A stretch of 59,207 nucleotides of DNA, taken from Octopus bimaculoides. Lineage: Eukaryota. Made by a program: the position numbers and the translations under genes. The notes beneath the pieces are model-generated. The model was not told where the DNA came from. It did not search any database and saw only the letters and a list, made by a program, of their open reading frames with translations. The DNA lies in NCBI RefSeq assembly GCF_001194135.2, contig NC_068981.1:56007162-56066368 (forward strand), in the 5' to 3' direction. Each line of letters opens with the position of its first letter. The first letter of the stretch is position 1. Below, in pieces: positions 59,020 to 59,207 of this stretch.

Positions 59020-59207
59020 ATTTATAAACATCCCTAGGGTGATATGGGTACAAAGTGGTACCAGCATTGCTAGAATTAAGAGTCAAAATGATTCATTAGC
59101 CACAAAAAAGGAAACAGAGCTTCCTACTGTAGTGAGATAAAGCTCTCTACTGAAGAAGCAAAGATAGCCATATCATGTGATTTCGAATTCTGATGCATAG
59201 CATCTTG

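Noticed and set aside
51941-59207. Search for syntrophin exon 2 (expected V-K-Y...)
   Set aside because: No in-phase candidate found; intron 1 appears to extend past the window

Overview
AT-rich eukaryotic genomic scaffold with N-gaps and microsatellites. It is not prokaryotic, and no CRISPR, rRNA or intact tRNA genes were found. The repeat landscape (RTE LINEs with (GAT)n tails, tRNA/CORE-type SINEs, TTAA MITEs) points to a cephalopod, most likely Octopus; this is an inference from repeats I recognise. Two protein-coding genes are supported, both on the + strand. (1) A complete 9-exon AHSA1 (Hsp90 ATPase activator Aha1), CDS join 5064-5143, 12172-12251, 25382-25492, 26852-26937, 29248-29368, 30447-30520, 30721-30870, 35780-35881, 36391-36615 = 1029 nt / 342 aa, with all junctions GT-AG and in phase. 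(2) Coding exon 1 of a beta-syntrophin-like gene (51421-51940, split PH plus PDZ) whose intron 1 runs off the window. The rest is mostly transposon debris: RTE, BovB-like, CRE-like, Merlin-like, Chapaev-like, hAT- and piggyBac-type MITEs, foldbacks and SINEs. The best unexplained signals are a CpG-rich promoter-like island inside AHSA1 intron 7, a tandem-duplicated element whose hairpin shows compensatory base changes, an HSE plus tandem ETS-CRE promoter at AHSA1, and a 5'-inverted RTE copy. I found no evidence for a wholly new multi-gene system; these are candidates only.
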